Shown: positions 27,380-41,520, numbered from the stretch's first letter. The stretch is 64,000 nt of DNA from Isurus oxyrinchus (GCA_026770705.1 JANJGN010000146.1:186001-250000), one strand, 5' to 3'. The notes: a model not told the origin generated them from the letters alone. A program made the numbers and translations.

Positions 27380-29184
27380 CCTCTATTATAGAAATTACCA
27401 ATACAATATCTGTATTTATATAAACTTATAAAGGTTATTTTGCAGTGATTATTGATACAAGGCATGGATTAATATAAACTGAGACTGGGTCTATTACAGT
27501 GATTACTGATACATGGTATTGATTAACATAAACTGAGACAGGGTCTATTACAATGATTACCAATACAAGGTCTATATTGATATAAAGTGTGTCAGGGCTT
27601 TTACAGGGATTACTGATACAGGGTATTGATTACTATCAACTGAGACAGGGTCTCTTACAGTGATTAACAAGACAAGGTCTATATTGATATAAAGTGTGTG
27701 AAGGTTTTTACAGGGATTACTGATGCAAGGTATTGATTAAGATAAACTGAGACAGGGTCTATTACAGTAATTACTGATACAAGGTTTGTGTAATATAAAC
27801 TAAGCCAGGTCTATTTCAGTGCTTACTGATACAAAACATGGATTAATATAAACTGAGACAATCTGTATTAGAGTGAATACTGAAATAAGTTATGGGTTAA
27901 TATAATTTGAGGCAGGGTCTATTACAGCATTCACCAATGCAATGTCTGTATTTATATAAACCTAGAAAGGGTTTTACAGTGAATGTTGATACAATGCATG
28001 GATTAATATAAACAGACTGGTTCTATTAAAGTGATTACTGATACATGGTATTGATTAACATAAACTGAGACAGGATATATTACAGTGATTACCAATACAA
28101 GGCCTGGGTTGATATTAACTGAGACGGGGTCTATTCCAGTGATTAACAAGAAAAGATCTATATTGATATAAAGTGTGACAGGGTTTTTACAAGGATTACT
28201 GATACAAGGTATTGATTACTGTCAACCGAGACAGGGTCTCTTACAGTGATTACTAATACAAGGTTTGTATTAATATAAACTGAGACAGGGTCTCTTGCAG
28301 CGGTTACTGATACAAGGTATGGATAATATCCACTTAGGCAGGGTTTATTACAGTGATTACTGATACAAAGTCTGTATTCATATAAACAGAGGCAGAGTCT
28401 AGTGCAGTGATTACTGGTAAACGGCCTAGATTAATATCAACTGCTACAGAACAGGATTACTGATACTGGGGCCAATTTAATAAAACTGAAGTGGGGCATA
28501 AAGCGATAATCTCTGAGCCTGCCCTGAATGTAAGTCAACCAGGGATAAATCTGGTGTGGAAACAATTGATGCAGGGCTTTGAAGCATATTGAGAGGGACA
28601 GAGAGTAATGCAGTTATAATTAATGCATAACCTAGTGTAATATACAGAGAGATAGGGTTTAGTGTTACATCATTAGAAACATCTTACTGCGCAATATAAG
28701 TGTATTAATATCGAATTAACATAAGCCCAAGCAACACTGATCCATTTGCCAGTGGAACAGCTTCTCCCTAAATATTCAAAAGCACCCCTCACACGTTGGA
28801 CTATTTCTGATAAACCTATCCTATGATTCTCGTTGAGGAGGAGAGCAATCCCAGTTTCTTGTTGTGCAGAGAGTGAGGGGTAGTGCAAACTTAAGTTCTA
28901 GGAAATCTTCTGTCTTGTTACTTTGAAATTAGCATTTAACAATTGTTGACACTGTTATAAGGGGCCAACCGAAATAAAGTGCACTGTTACAACAGGGTCA
29001 GGCTAAAACACCGGGCTACAATGCAACGGATCCCTTACAACTAAATTGATGTGTGTAAGACTGGAGCCTGCTCCTGAACTTTAGATACATAGAACCAAAT
29101 GTTATAATTTCAAAATAGCAACTGCGACATATCCAGTGCCTTGCATTAGTGGATCTCCTACATGGACAGTAACCACTACTGAAC

Positions 29185-29270
29185 TGAAAACAGAAAGTAC
29201 TGTGAAGACTCAGCAGGCCTGGCAGGGTCTGAGGAGAGAGCAACAGAGTTAACGTTTCGATTCCATATAA
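29185..29270. mobile_element. Partial copy of the same hairpin element
   Basis: CTCAGCAGGCCTGGCAG...GAGAGAGCAACAGAGTTAACGTTTCGA. Confidence 0.6.
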
Positions 29271-29379
29271 ATTTATTTAGAGCCACAACTGTAGGTTTGA
29301 AGCATGGTCAGTGGAGTGATCATTCAGATGTGGCGTTGCTAATGTCATCACAGTCTTAGGGAATAGCAGCATCAAGGTA

Positions 29380-30180
29380 AATTAACTGGGCTGGTAATAC
29401 AGAGAATATCAGAAATGCTCCAGGGACATGATTTAAACGCCACGACGGCAGCTGGCGGGATTTCCATTCATTTAATTCACTAAAACCGAAACTGGAATAA
29501 AATTACTCATTGCATTAATAATCGAACAACCTCATTGTCATGAAGTTGCAACTGGTTCACTAATGTCATTCGGGGAGGAAATCTTACCCTTACCAGCCTG
29601 GCCTACGTGAGGCTGCAGCCCCACAACAACGTGGTTGACTCTTAACGGCCCTTGGAATGGTCCAGAAGGCCATTTAGTTGGGTCAAAGCACTTCTTGGAA
29701 AGTCAGATAAGAGGCGCACGGCACAAACTGCAGCTGTTGAAGATGTCGGCTCCCCGCCACCTTCTCAAGGGTACTTATTGCAGGACAGTTAAGGCTGGCC
29801 TTGTTTTCGACGTTCACAACAAAAGAACAAATAAAAACAACGGTCAAAGCTTTGTAAACTATTACGGATGCTCTCAATGTAAAGTAAGGCCAGAAAATCG
29901 GGAAACACTCAGCATCATTCTCCGCTGACACTATTTTACAGCGCAGGGGTATCCTGGACCAATACCTAATGCGCAACTAACATCACTAATAAACAGGTGA
30001 TCTGGGCTTTTATTACATCTCTGTTGGTGGGAGCTTCCTGTGCACAAATTGCCTCCTGTAGTTCTAACGTGACACAAGAGATTGTAATTCGAAATAAGGT
30101 ACATCAATGAGGTTAATGAGATATGTGATTTTGGACCTCCTGAGATGGTGAAATGTGCTGTATAAACACCGAGTTTTTAC
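29380..30180 (+). mobile_element. Adjacent degraded SINEs (copy of the 1-340 type, then a Deu-domain SINE)
   Basis: CTGGCCTACGTGAGGCTGCAGCCCCAC...GGTTGACTCTTAA; GTGGGAGCTTCCTGTGCACAAATTG Deu-like core. Confidence 0.55.
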
Positions 30181-31039
30181 TAAAAGTGAACATGTCAAAA
30201 CATATGTGGTGATGTGTTAGAAAGTCTGAGAAGAATGTGATTAACGGTCATTTCTCTGTTCATTATTTAAACATGTTTATGTGAAAGGGGTTCATCCTTT
30301 CACCAATCGATATTCAGCGGAATAACAGGCTGCTCAGAAATGCTTAATTGATTTAAGCAGCAGAATTTCCAGAAATATTTTTTCTTAAATTCAATGGCTT
30401 CTTTTCTTTAAAATAAATAACATCTGTACCAATTGGTTTTCTGAAAATTGTGTTCAATTCTTATACGATCTGTGAATATTCTTAAAATAAACTTGTTTTG
30501 CGCTGAACATAATCAATAAGTGACTGTTGATCTGATTCTGCTGCCATAAACACCACTTTGAAACTAGTGAGGCGGTTATGTAAATAAACACAGAAATAGA
30601 CGCCTCAGAATAGAATATTGAGCGTCGGAAATACGATAGATGTTTCCCCACCAACAGAGCATAGAATTAACAACAGAGAGAAATGCAAATCACACAAAGG
30701 ATTCCAATAATGATTGATATTTGGAAGATTTCTATAAGTTATGGGATAACAATATAAAGATGTTTTTTGTGTTCAAAACTGGCGAAGCGTCCTTTGATCC
30801 GATATACAGCAGCATTGAAAATGTGTTTGCGGAGTTTCCTGCATTCTATCCCGCTCTGTCTCCCTTTCTCCCCTATCCCGGGCGTGTCTGGCCTCTCATT
30901 AATCTGTCAGCGTCTGTAACTCATAACGTGAAGTCAATATCTTATCAAAGATTAATCTCACCCCTATTCATTGACTTTCAACAAAATAGATGGCTGTTCG
31001 CAGAAGGAACTTAACTCTAAAATGTGTCTGGTTCACTCA

Positions 31040-31370
31040 ACAACATGGGAGTATTTAATGGGACAGTCTAAAGGGAGCCCTCCTCTGCACATTAACATTC
31101 CTATGTCTTCCTGCGAATGGTATATGGGAAATTGTAGAGGGATCTTTTTTCTGCATCAGATACTGCTGTACCATTCTTGGGAGCATTCGATCGAATCATA
31201 TAGAGGGACTGTTGTCTATCCTGCGCTATACATGTCCTGGGAGTGTTTGGTGGGATAGTTTAGAGAGACCTTTACTCTGCCTCACCCCGGAATTTACCAA
31301 TGTAGACGTAGCTTTACTCTGCGTCTGAACTGTCCCTTGTCTATCCTTAGGAGTGTCAAATAGTATTTCG
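31040..31370 (+). repeat. Degenerate ~60-65-bp tandem repeat
   Basis: Repeated GGGAGTGTTT..TGGGA.AG..TAGAGGGA..CTTTACTCTG. Confidence 0.65.
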
Positions 31371-31879
31371 GACTCAGTGCATGAAATGGTGTTCTAGACT
31401 GAATCTCTCATCACATGTCAAAATATATTTGGATGTTCACTTGAAGTACTGTAGTCCCAAGGGCCCTGGCACAAAAGCTAGGAAGTGGGATTAGACTTGA
31501 TAGATCATTTCAGGCCATTATGGTTAGGGTGTGCACAATGGCCTATTTCTGTGCTGCACAAATCTATGATTTTCAGATGCTATGAAGTGCGTTGAGGTCT
31601 CAGAAAGTGTACAGAGGAAGGTAACTAGTTTGTTAACAAGGATCAGGATCTTTAGTAACAACAATAAATTGGGCAAATTGGCAGCATTCTGCTTGTGATA
31701 AAGAAGATTAAGCAGAAACCTAAACGCTTTTTCCAAGATGATCAGAGGTTTCAAAGAGAATTGGCAGAGAACACCAGTTCCTTCTGTTCATTGTGTCAAT
31801 ATCCAGTGATCATAGCTTCAGAACAAATGTATATATTGGAAGATTTGTAAAAGGGCGATGAAGAGATATATTTCGCTAG

Positions 31880-32400
31880 CAACTGGTTCTCTTTATATTA
31901 CACCAGATCCTGTCTCAATTATTAATCTTTGAGTTCAAGTCACAGTTTTAGTTTTGCTGAAACCTGTGAAATTTATGGATGCATAATCTGGTATTTGTAT
32001 TTTTATTACACTAGGCTGTGACACAATTAACTCTGTGCTAATCAAGCCTCTGTTTCAGGCCGGCCCCCAAATCAGTTATTACTACGTTAGAGCATTTCTC
32101 TATTTATATTATATAACGCTCTGTTTCAGTTATTAGTGAACCATACAACGTGGCTCTATATGTCGCACTCGACCACGTCTCAGTTATTACTATACTAGAT
32201 CATGTATGTGTTAATATTACCCTGAATCCTGTCTCTGTTATTACTGCACTGGAACCTGTCTCCATTTATAATGTTTTACATTATTGTTTCTGTTAAAATT
32301 CCACTGGATAATATATCTCTTTATATTTTACAGTTGGCCCTTTCTCAGTTATTACTGCCCTATGCCATGTTTCTGTTAAGCTAACACTTTACCCACGCCA
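31880..32400 (-). repeat. Degenerate 27/54-bp repeat block, inverted
   Basis: TCTCAGTTATTACT...CTAGA / CCTGTCTCTGTTATTACTGCAC motifs. Confidence 0.7.
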
Positions 32401-32999
32401 GTAATCATTGAATTATATCATGGCAAACGTATTGGAAACTGGTGAGGAAATAGTGAAGTTAACGTGCAGCACAAAACAATGGAAACAGAAACAATTTTTT
32501 TTTATTGAATTTCATTGAGAGTGGAAAGTGTTACATTCCATTCCAAGTGAGAGAGTTACAGATTTATTATGCTCACGTTAGGTATAGGTACAGTTGCATT
32601 TTCACCGCCTCTTGCACAGATCATCACACACTCGAGTGACGCACAAGTGATCACTTGTCAACAAACAGAGAGAATGGTGGGTAGATGTCCTTTATTCTCC
32701 ATGTGATTTAATCCACTTTCGAACTGAATTCTGAGCGTAGCTAAACTCACTTTGGCATCTAAATAGGCATTTTCCACACAAGAACTCGAAAAAGATGTCA
32801 GCATCAAGAAATGTTAACGATAATAGATGATCTGAAATTGCTGGATGGATGGTTCGAAATATAGATAGATAGACTGACAGCCAAACAGACAGGTACGCAG
32901 CTAGATGGGTTGACAGATAGAGAGACTGAGATACACAACATCTAGCGTAATATAGACAGTTTAATGCTAAATAACCTTTTCGGTGGCTTGTATGATACA

Positions 33000-34460
33000 A
33001 ACAGGGAGATGGTCTTGTATAATGTGAAGAGATGTATGCATCAGTGCAATTACTTACTCCTACAGGGCCTACTGTAAAACATGAATTGAGACTAGGTCTT
33101 TTGCACTGCGATCTGAGACAGAGTCCTATGTAATTTAAAGGAAGGCATAACCCATTCATTATGTATCAGCACCTTTCATGGTCTTAAATACCTCGATCAA
33201 AGCCCCTCTTAACACCCTCTATTCTAAGGAAAACGATTCAAGATCTCCAAGGTCTAGTAACATTCGGATCAATCTCCTCTTCATCCTCTCTGCGACCTTC
33301 AAATGCTTTATAAAACAGAGTTCCTGGAATAATTATGTACAATATACATGGAAACACAATAGGGAATACTTTAACAAATGTTGTTTTTAATCATTCACTA
33401 GGCTGAAGTATTTATTTCTCTCTATTGATCCAGGAGATGTGAGCGTCTCTGACACGGCCAGCATTTCCCCCATGCTCCGCTGTCCTGGAACTGAATATCT
33501 GGCTAGACATTTTCAGAGTCGGAGGATAGTTAAGAGTGAACCACGTGCTGTGGGCCTGGAGTCACATTTAGGCCAGACTGGGGAAGGATGCATATTTACT
33601 TCACCGAATGTTCATTAGTGAACCAGATGCGTTTATAGCAATGAAAATTGTAACGATCCAGTTCCATTTCCATTTTTTTATTCATTCATGGGATTTGTGC
33701 GTTTCCAGCTGAACCAACATTCAATAGCCAAACACAATTGCCCTTGAGAAGGTGTTAGTGAGCAAACCTCTTGTACTGCTGCAGTCCACGTGCTGTAGGG
33801 ACACCCACAGTGCTTCTAGGAAGGGAGTTGTATGATTTGGACCCAAGGATAGTGAAGAAACAGGGACTTTCCATTGTTGTTCCTGTGTTTCTGCTGCCCT
33901 TGTTGCCCGGACAATTGGGGAATATTCCACCACACTCCTGACATGTGCCTTGTAGTTTGTGGACAGGTATTTGCAGAATTCCCAGCTTCCGAACGGCTCT
34001 TGTCTTAACCGCATTTAAATTCCGCCAGCTGCTGTGGTGGGATTTGAATTCATGTCCCCAGAGGATGAGTCTGGACCTCTGGGCTAGTGATGAGCACTTG
34101 GGACGCTATAACATTCAAGGCTATGGGCCAAGTGCTGGTAAATAGGATTAGGTAGGTAGGTAGGTCAAGTGTTTCTCACGTGCCGGTGCAGACTCGATGG
34201 GCCGAAGGGCCTCTTCTGCACTGTGATTCTGTGAATCTGTGGCAGAGCTACAGCCAGGTCGTGCCTGAGTTAGGGTCCAGTGTAATGTAACCAGAGACAG
34301 GGCCTGGTATAATTTAAATGGTAAGTTGCTCCAGTGCAGTAATAACTGAAACAGAGCCTGGTTAAAATAAACTTAATCATGGTCCAGTACATTAAAAACA
34401 AGTTCTATGAAATATAGACATAAACAATATAGCACATCAATAACTAAGAAACCGCCTTAT
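33000..34460 (+). repeat. Degenerate 27/54-bp repeat pieces (33000-33140 and 34250-34460) split by TE insertions
   Basis: GAGACAGGGCCTGG / CCAGTGCAGTAATAACTGAAACAG motifs. Confidence 0.55.
33690..33995 (-). mobile_element. LINE family A 3' fragment
   Basis: YKAHVRSVVEYSP and tail similar to 1470-1750. Confidence 0.75.
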
Positions 34461-34644
34461 GTAACACAAACAGATATTATATGAGGTCAAATTTCAACAA
34501 AGCTTTTTGGAATTTAAACTTAGTTAATTTTATACATCTGAACTATTAAAAATGCCCTCCATATCAGTAATGGGAAACGTGCATCTCCCAGGCTCATCAA
34601 AACACAGCTGACATATAAAGGTACGTTTCAGAAATACATTCCCA

Positions 34645-34722
34645 CACACCACCCCCCACCCCACCCCCCCCACCCCCCCCCCCCCCACCACCACCCCCAC
34701 CCCCACCACCCCACCCACCACC
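34645..34722 (-). repeat. C-rich tract (G-quadruplex-capable on the minus strand)
   Basis: Runs of C separated by single A. Confidence 0.75.
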
Positions 34723-34989
34723 TTACATGTTTTTTTCCCAAAGGGACTCCAGATGAAGAGCAAGGTGGTTAACTTTGAATCTCCCTCTAAACATTCTCAG
34801 TGTGCAGTCATTTTTATTAAACGGCCACGAGAATCAGCAACCTGAGCACAGTCAGTAAAACCAGACGGCATCAACCGAGGCACAGGCAAAGACACAGGCA
34901 GTCCAATTAACTGTATAAAATTCTCTGAACGATCTTCTGTGGGCATCTCCCACAATTGAGAAACACTGAACGCAGGCTAGCGGAAACAC

Positions 34990-35765
34990 AAGAAGAAGAA
35001 CAAAGAAAAGTACAGCACAGGAACAGGCCCTTCGGCCCACCAAGCCTGTGCCCATCATATTGCCCGTCAACTAAAACATTTTGCACTTCCGGGGTCCATT
35101 TCCCTCTCTTCCCATCCTATTCATGTATTTGTCAAGCTGCCTCTTAAACACCACTATTGTACCTGCTTCCACCACCTCCTCTAGCAGCGAATTCCAGACA
35201 CTCACTACCCTCTGCATAAAAAACTTGCCCCGCACATCTCTGTAGTTTTCTCCTCTCACCTTAAATCTATGTCCCCTAGTAATTGAATCTCCCACCCTGG
35301 GAAAAAGCTTCTGACTATCTACTCTGTCCATGCCACTCATAATTTTGTAAATTTCTATCAAGCCGCCCCTCAATCTCAGTCCCTCCAGTCAGAACAATCA
35401 GAGTTTCTTCAACCTCTCCGCATACCTAATAACCTCCAGATCAGGCAGCATCCTGGTAAACCTCCTCTGCACCCTCTCCAATGCCTCCATATCCTTCCAG
35501 TAATGTGGAGACCAGAATTGCAAGCAATGTTCCAAGTGTAGGCTAACCAAGGTTCTATACAGCTGCAGCATGATTTCCCAGCTTTTATACTCAATACCGC
35601 TGCCAATGAAGGCAAGCTTGCCATATGCCTTCCTGACTACCTTACCCACCTGCGTTGCCACTTCCAGTGACCTGTGGACCTGTATACCCAGATCCCTCTG
35701 CCTGTCGATGCACTTAAGGGTTCTGCCATTTACTGTATAATTCCTGCCTGTATTAGACCTTACAA
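34990..35765 (-). mobile_element. CR1 LINE 3' end, relatively young
   Basis: LQLYRTLVSLHLEHCLQFWSPHY, LERVQRRFTRMLP and RGGLIEIYKIMSGMDRVD. Confidence 0.93.
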
Positions 35766-36099
35766 ACTAAACACCCGCCTGACATAGTCATGCTCAATGT
35801 TAATACCTTCCCACCAATATCCCCATGCCTGACTGACCCACCAGTGATGGCGGGATATTAGTCGGGAAGGAGTGTCCCTGGGGGTCCTCAAGATTGACTC
35901 CAGGAGTCATGAATACTCCTGGCATCAGAACAGGCAACAGTGGAAAATCTCCTTTCTAATTCGAGTTATTCCCCTACCTCAACTAATGAATCAGCGCGTC
36001 TCCATGTTGAACACAATTCTGGTGAAACCCTGAGAGCAGAAAAGGAAATGGAACTTCAATGCACATCAGCAAGAATGGCTCGATACCTATACTGACTGA

Positions 36100-37865
36100 G
36101 CTGGCCGAGTCACAAAGGACATATCTACCAGACCGTGCCCCTGGAAGGTGTTGAGAGAACACAAGGAGAAGACTTACTTGAGACAGCGCTCATTACTCTA
36201 CCTGGCACAGATACATCTCTCCACGTCAGTATTAATGAGAGTGTCCACCGCACTTTTCTTTTGGATACAAAGACCCATCTTCAGACTGAGAGCACCACCC
36301 GCGATGTTGTGTGGCATAATCATCGTGCTAAATGCGATAGATTTGGAGAATATTTGGCAATTAAAACCGTGCGTCAGTGAGGCCATTAGCTTGAGCAACA
36401 TTCTCATCCCCCCACAATATGCACGTCATGGGATGTATAACACTCACTCTACCATTAGGATGAAGCCAGGGGATCAACGGTTGTTCAGTGATGAATTTAG
36501 AGCAGTAGACCAAATACAGCAACAAGAACATCTAAAAATGAGGCGTCAGCCTGATCAAGCTGTAACATGGTGGAAAATTGCTGAACAAACCCAATGTGGC
36601 CCATTGACCCTCAATCATTCTACTCTCAGCCAGCAGCAACCTGATGGAAGGTGTCATTGACGGAGCAATCAAACAGCAGCTCATCACCAACAAGCTGCTC
36701 AACAATGCTCAGTTTAGGCTGCACAAGGGCCTTTCAGTTCCCGACTACATCACGTTGTTGATCTCAACAAAGACAAACAGCTGAATCCTAATATGAGAGT
36801 GAATGCCCTTGACATCAAGGTAGCAGTTGACACATTGTGGCATCAAGGAGCATTAGCAACATTACAGTCAATGGCAATCAGGGGGAAAACTCATTGGAGT
36901 CATACCTAGCACAAATGAAAATGATTGCTGTTGCTGGAGGCCAAAAGCCCGACACCAGAGCATCGCTCTCGGACTTCCTCAGGAAAGTGTCCTAGGCCCT
37001 GCCATCCTCAGTTGCTTCATCAATGACCTTATTTCCATAATCATGTCAGAAGTCACGATGTTCACGAATGTTGGCACAATTTTCAGCATCATTAACGATG
37101 CTTCAGATACTGAAGCAGTTCATGCCTCCATGCAGAAAAAAAAACATTTGGACAATATTAAACCTTTGGCTGGTGAGTGGAAAGTGACATAACGTGTTAC
37201 AAGTGCCAGGCAGTGACGATCTCCATCAAGAGAGAATCTAACCATCTCCCGTTGTCATTCATCGACATTAGCATCGCAGAATCCAACACCAGCAACACTG
37301 TGGGGGCCACAGCAGTAAATTAAGTTAACTGAACCAGCAGCATATATGAAGAATCTAGAAAAGGTCAGAGGCAGCACATTGTATGGCGAGCGAAGCACCT
37401 CATGTTTCTCCACAATCTGTCCACAATGTCCATGCAATTTTTAGGAAAGTAATTGAATATCTCAGCTTGCCTGGATCAGGGAAGTTCCAACAAAACACTT
37501 GCCGAGCAGGCCCGAGAAACCACATTATCTTCTCCTAATACTATTTCTTATATTCAGAAGAAGGAAGACACCATGTAGGAAAAATCGTCGCGCCTGATTG
37601 GCCACCCCATCCGGCGTTTATAAATCCATTCCCTCCAGCACCACTGCACAAATACAGCAGTGTGCACCATCTACGAAATACACGGTGGCAACTCGCCAAC
37701 TGTTCTTTGACAGCCCGTGCAAGCCCCTGACTACTAACACCTAGAGGAGCAAGTGTGACAGACCTATGGAAAGACCTATAAGTTCCCCTCAAGGCCAAAC
37801 ACCACATTGGCTTGGAAATATGTTGTTATTTCTTCACCGTCGCTGGGTCAAAACCCTGAAACCCC
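36100..37865 (+). mobile_element. Long degraded LINE family A fragment
   Basis: GCCCTTGACATCAAGG...TGGCATCAAGGAGC, TGCTTCATCAATGACCT and 3' tail homologous to 1620-1830. Confidence 0.75.
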
Positions 37866-38129
37866 TATTTTACAGCAATGAATCATAGGGTCATTGAAAT
37901 CCACAATACGGAAGAGGGACATTCGTCCCAGCGAACAAGCAGTAATCAGCCTTGTCAACTTTCCAGCTCTTGGTCTGTAACCTTTTAGGTTGTTTCACTT
38001 CAAGTTTTTACAACTCTTTCACATCATGAGTTTTAGATTCCCATCATCCTTTGGGTGAAAACATTTGCCGTGACCTATTTACTCTAGATTTGCTGATGAT
38101 ACCAAGCTGGAAAAGGAACCAGGTTCTGA

Positions 38130-39730
38130 GGAGGACACTAAGAGGCCACAATGACATTTGGTAAGCTGAGTGATTGTGCTGAAATTTGGCACATGGAATA
38201 TAAAGTTGGAAAAATATGAGTTTGACTAATTTTGCCAGATAAGTCGAAAGGCAACATGTTATTGACTGCAGAATTCTTCGGTGCAGAGAGATCTGCGTGT
38301 GTTTGTACACGGATCACACAAAGCATGCGGGCACAGCAAGGAGTTAGGAAGGCAAAGAAAATAACCTCTTTTATGCAGCATTGTGTTACCTCAGCTTCCT
38401 TTGTTCAAAAGTAAACAAACCTAACCTATCCTCCCAAATAGCAATCCTCCTGTAGTCGAGGCAATGTCGTCATAAATCTCCGCTGTAACGTTTCTAGCCC
38501 AATCAAATCTTTCATATAGTTCCTGGCCCAGGGCTGCACCGAACACTCTAACTCGGGCCTAACTATTGTTTTACACAGTTCCAGCAGGACGTCTCAACTC
38601 GTATATTCTATGCCTCGGAGAATAAAGGCAAGAATCCCGTCTGTTTCTTGATCAATTTATCTACCTGTCAAGGCACCTTTACGAATATCTGCATTCGATA
38701 GTCCCACTTTACTTCTCAGTGTCGTATCATTCGTGAATCAGTGGCAGTCACTATCTCAGAATGCGCTGGATGCCGGGGTGCTGAATAAATTTAAGGAGGA
38801 GAAAGACAGATTTTTAATTAGTAATGGGTTGAAAGGTTACAGGGAGAGGATGGGAAATTGGAGTTGAGGCCGAAATGAGATCAGCCATGATCGTAATGAA
38901 TAGCGGGGCAGGCTCGAGGGGCGGAATTGCCAACTCTTGCTCCTAGTTCTTATGTTTTATTTACTGTTTATTACTTTATCTTGTTAGCTTTCCTTAAATG
39001 CACTACCTCGCAAACATCTCTAAGCCATTCTTATGTCTACCTGACTGATCGATTTCCTGCAGTATACAGCTTTTTGCTCAATTCTTAATCACACAGCCAA
39101 TTTGTGTATCATCTAAAGCCTTCTTAATCATGCTCTTTTCAGTCATGTGCAAGTAATTGATATATGCAAGAAAAGGCAAGTGTCCTATTACTAAGGCCCG
39201 GGGGATACCATTCCCGTTTACAGAAACACCCTGTGTCATTCACCGTTTGCTTCCTGGCAATGAACCAATTTTGGATTTACCTCGCCGCTTTGCCTTGGAT
39301 CACATTGGCTTTTAATTTCGGAACCGCTCTGCCATGTAGAAACTGGTCATTTTAAAATCCATATACACTACATCGAATGCACTGTATCCATCGGCACTCC
39401 TTATTATCCCTTCAAAACATTTCTGCATAATAGTCAGACTCGCCCTTCGTTTAACAAATTCTTGCTGTCCAGCTTTGCTTACTCAGTGTCATTCTAAATG
39501 TCTCTTAGAATGGTCTCTTTCCAATACTATTCCCTGCTCCAAGATTATATTCAGTGTCCTGTAATTACTCAGTCTTATACCTTTCTGCGTTTTGAACAAG
39601 GGTACAACGTTAGCTGTCCTGTCGCCCTGTCTCAGTGCCTGAAGTGGCAAAGGATTATAAAGTCATGGTCATTCCTATGCCGAGGGTACAATTCGGGCGA
39701 GCCTTGGCATTTATGCATTTTAAAAGGTAT
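38130..39730. mobile_element. Nested degraded CR1 fragments in both orientations
   Basis: Plus-strand CR1 tail at 38740-38960; minus-strand RT-like pieces at 38400-38700 and 39000-39730. Confidence 0.55.
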
Positions 39731-40854
39731 TAAACCGCTTGATACTTTCAAAATGGTGGCAATTCGCCATTTCTAAAGGGGAATTGGGAGTCGGTAGAGA
39801 TGTTTGACTTAACAACTATTCCAAATCAGTCGATAATAAATAAGTAAAACATTAGAGACTGTCTAATGTAATATAAACCATCCATGCCCATCCCTACATT
39901 ACGCTAGGCCCCTTTTCAGTCATTGCCGCCTGCGGCAGTGCTGGTTTGGTATGATTCAGGCAAACCAACTTACACTGTTACCCGGTGGCCAATCGTTGCC
40001 ATTACTGCTATCGTGAAAATGTCGATGTTCGTACTGTTGTTGATAGAAACGTATCAACAAACAAATTTGCGCTTACATTCTGCTCAACACATTTTTAATG
40101 AAAGGGAATTAAATGCTGTGAAAATAACTGAAGAAGCAAATCCACATTTGTGGATGTAACTTGCAAACATTAGGAATGATGTGTTTTGTATGATCACACT
40201 CACAGACACAAATAGACGCAGATACATATGTTCAGGCTCGGTCACGCAACCAGTAGCCACGGAAAACGTGAATGTAAAGGCCCTCAGGAGAAACATTCCT
40301 TAACATTAAAACACGGTGTACAATAGCCACAGCAGAGATTTCCACTAACCAGTATAAACTGCAGTGCGCTCTGGCTCACCTTTCCTTCTGCCCCTCAATC
40401 CAGTTCAAATTTCCGAGATTGTCATAAGATTCGACCAGAACTTTCAACAAAACTGTGACATAACACCAGAGCAATGAGAAATTGTACACAGCTCCTGATG
40501 GCTGTGATCAAGACTAAACGTATTTTTCCAACAAAAAAATCCATCTTACCACCCAGTCAAATATATGTTCTTTAATTATTATGAAACATACCTCTCCCTT
40601 CCTCCTAATATTTATCTAAAACAGAAAACAATACAGTACCACAATTACTAACATTGGGAATAGATTAATTTAAACAGAATGTTCAGTGCTGTCATAACAG
40701 AAAATGGGCCTTATTTAACATAAACAGCAATAAGGACTCCTGCACTCTGAGCAGTCTGGTGCATGAATAACTACGGCAGACCCCGTCGAATATGAGCAGG
40801 GAGATGGCCTCATGCAACTTAAAGGGGGGCATAACATAATGCAGAAATAAAGGA

Positions 40855-41520
40855 GAAAGAGTCTAGTGTAATATAAATAAGGACATGGATGAGTGCAATA
40901 TAACCAGACACATGCTTCAGTGCAGCAATAACTGAAGAAGGGCCTAGTGTAAAGGATGGAGTTTATTGCACTAATGTCCGTGACTGGACCCAGAATAATA
41001 TGGACTAAGACATGGTCAGGTTATGGCCTTGCAAAACCCTTCAGAAACTTGAACACTTCTTTCAAAACATCTCTTATCTTTCTCTGCACTAGGATGCTAT
41101 TTCTGCCGCTTTTCCACATAACGAAGACCCTCACCCCGTTCTGGTAATACCTTCGACAGCATCTTCAGAACCCGAGAGCTCTGCGACATAGAAGGACAAG
41201 GACAGCAGGTGACTGGGAGCACAAACACCTGCTAGTGCCGCTCCAAGTCACGCAGAGTATCCTGATTTGGAAATATAGATTTTTTTCCTTCGTTGTTATT
41301 GAGTCAAAACCCCAGAGCTCCCCTCCCACCATTTGAAACACACACAAGGCGGCTCACCAACACATTCTCCAGTGCAATTAGGTATGGCTAGTAAATGTCG
41401 GCCTTGACAGAAATGTCAAAATCTGAGAACGGAGTAGAACTAGCAATAACTGAGTGAAGGTGTGCTGTGATATAAACATAGACATGCTATGGAGCAGTAA
41501 TAATTGAGGCAGTGTATGTA
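40855..41520 (+). repeat. Degenerate 27/54-bp repeat pieces split by a LINE 3' fragment (about 41150-41430)
   Basis: GTCTAGTGTAATATAAA, GTGCAGCAATAACTGA and GCAGTAATAATTGAGGCAG motifs. Confidence 0.55.

Larger units (their letters stand above)
16680..28670 (+). repeat. 54-bp satellite array (dimer of diverged 27-mers), interrupted by TE insertions
   Basis: Consensus ACTGAGACAGGGTCTATTACAGTGATT + ACTGATACAAGGTATGGATTAATATAA. Explains the repetitive minus-strand VSVITVIDPVSVYINP ORFs. Confidence 0.95.
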
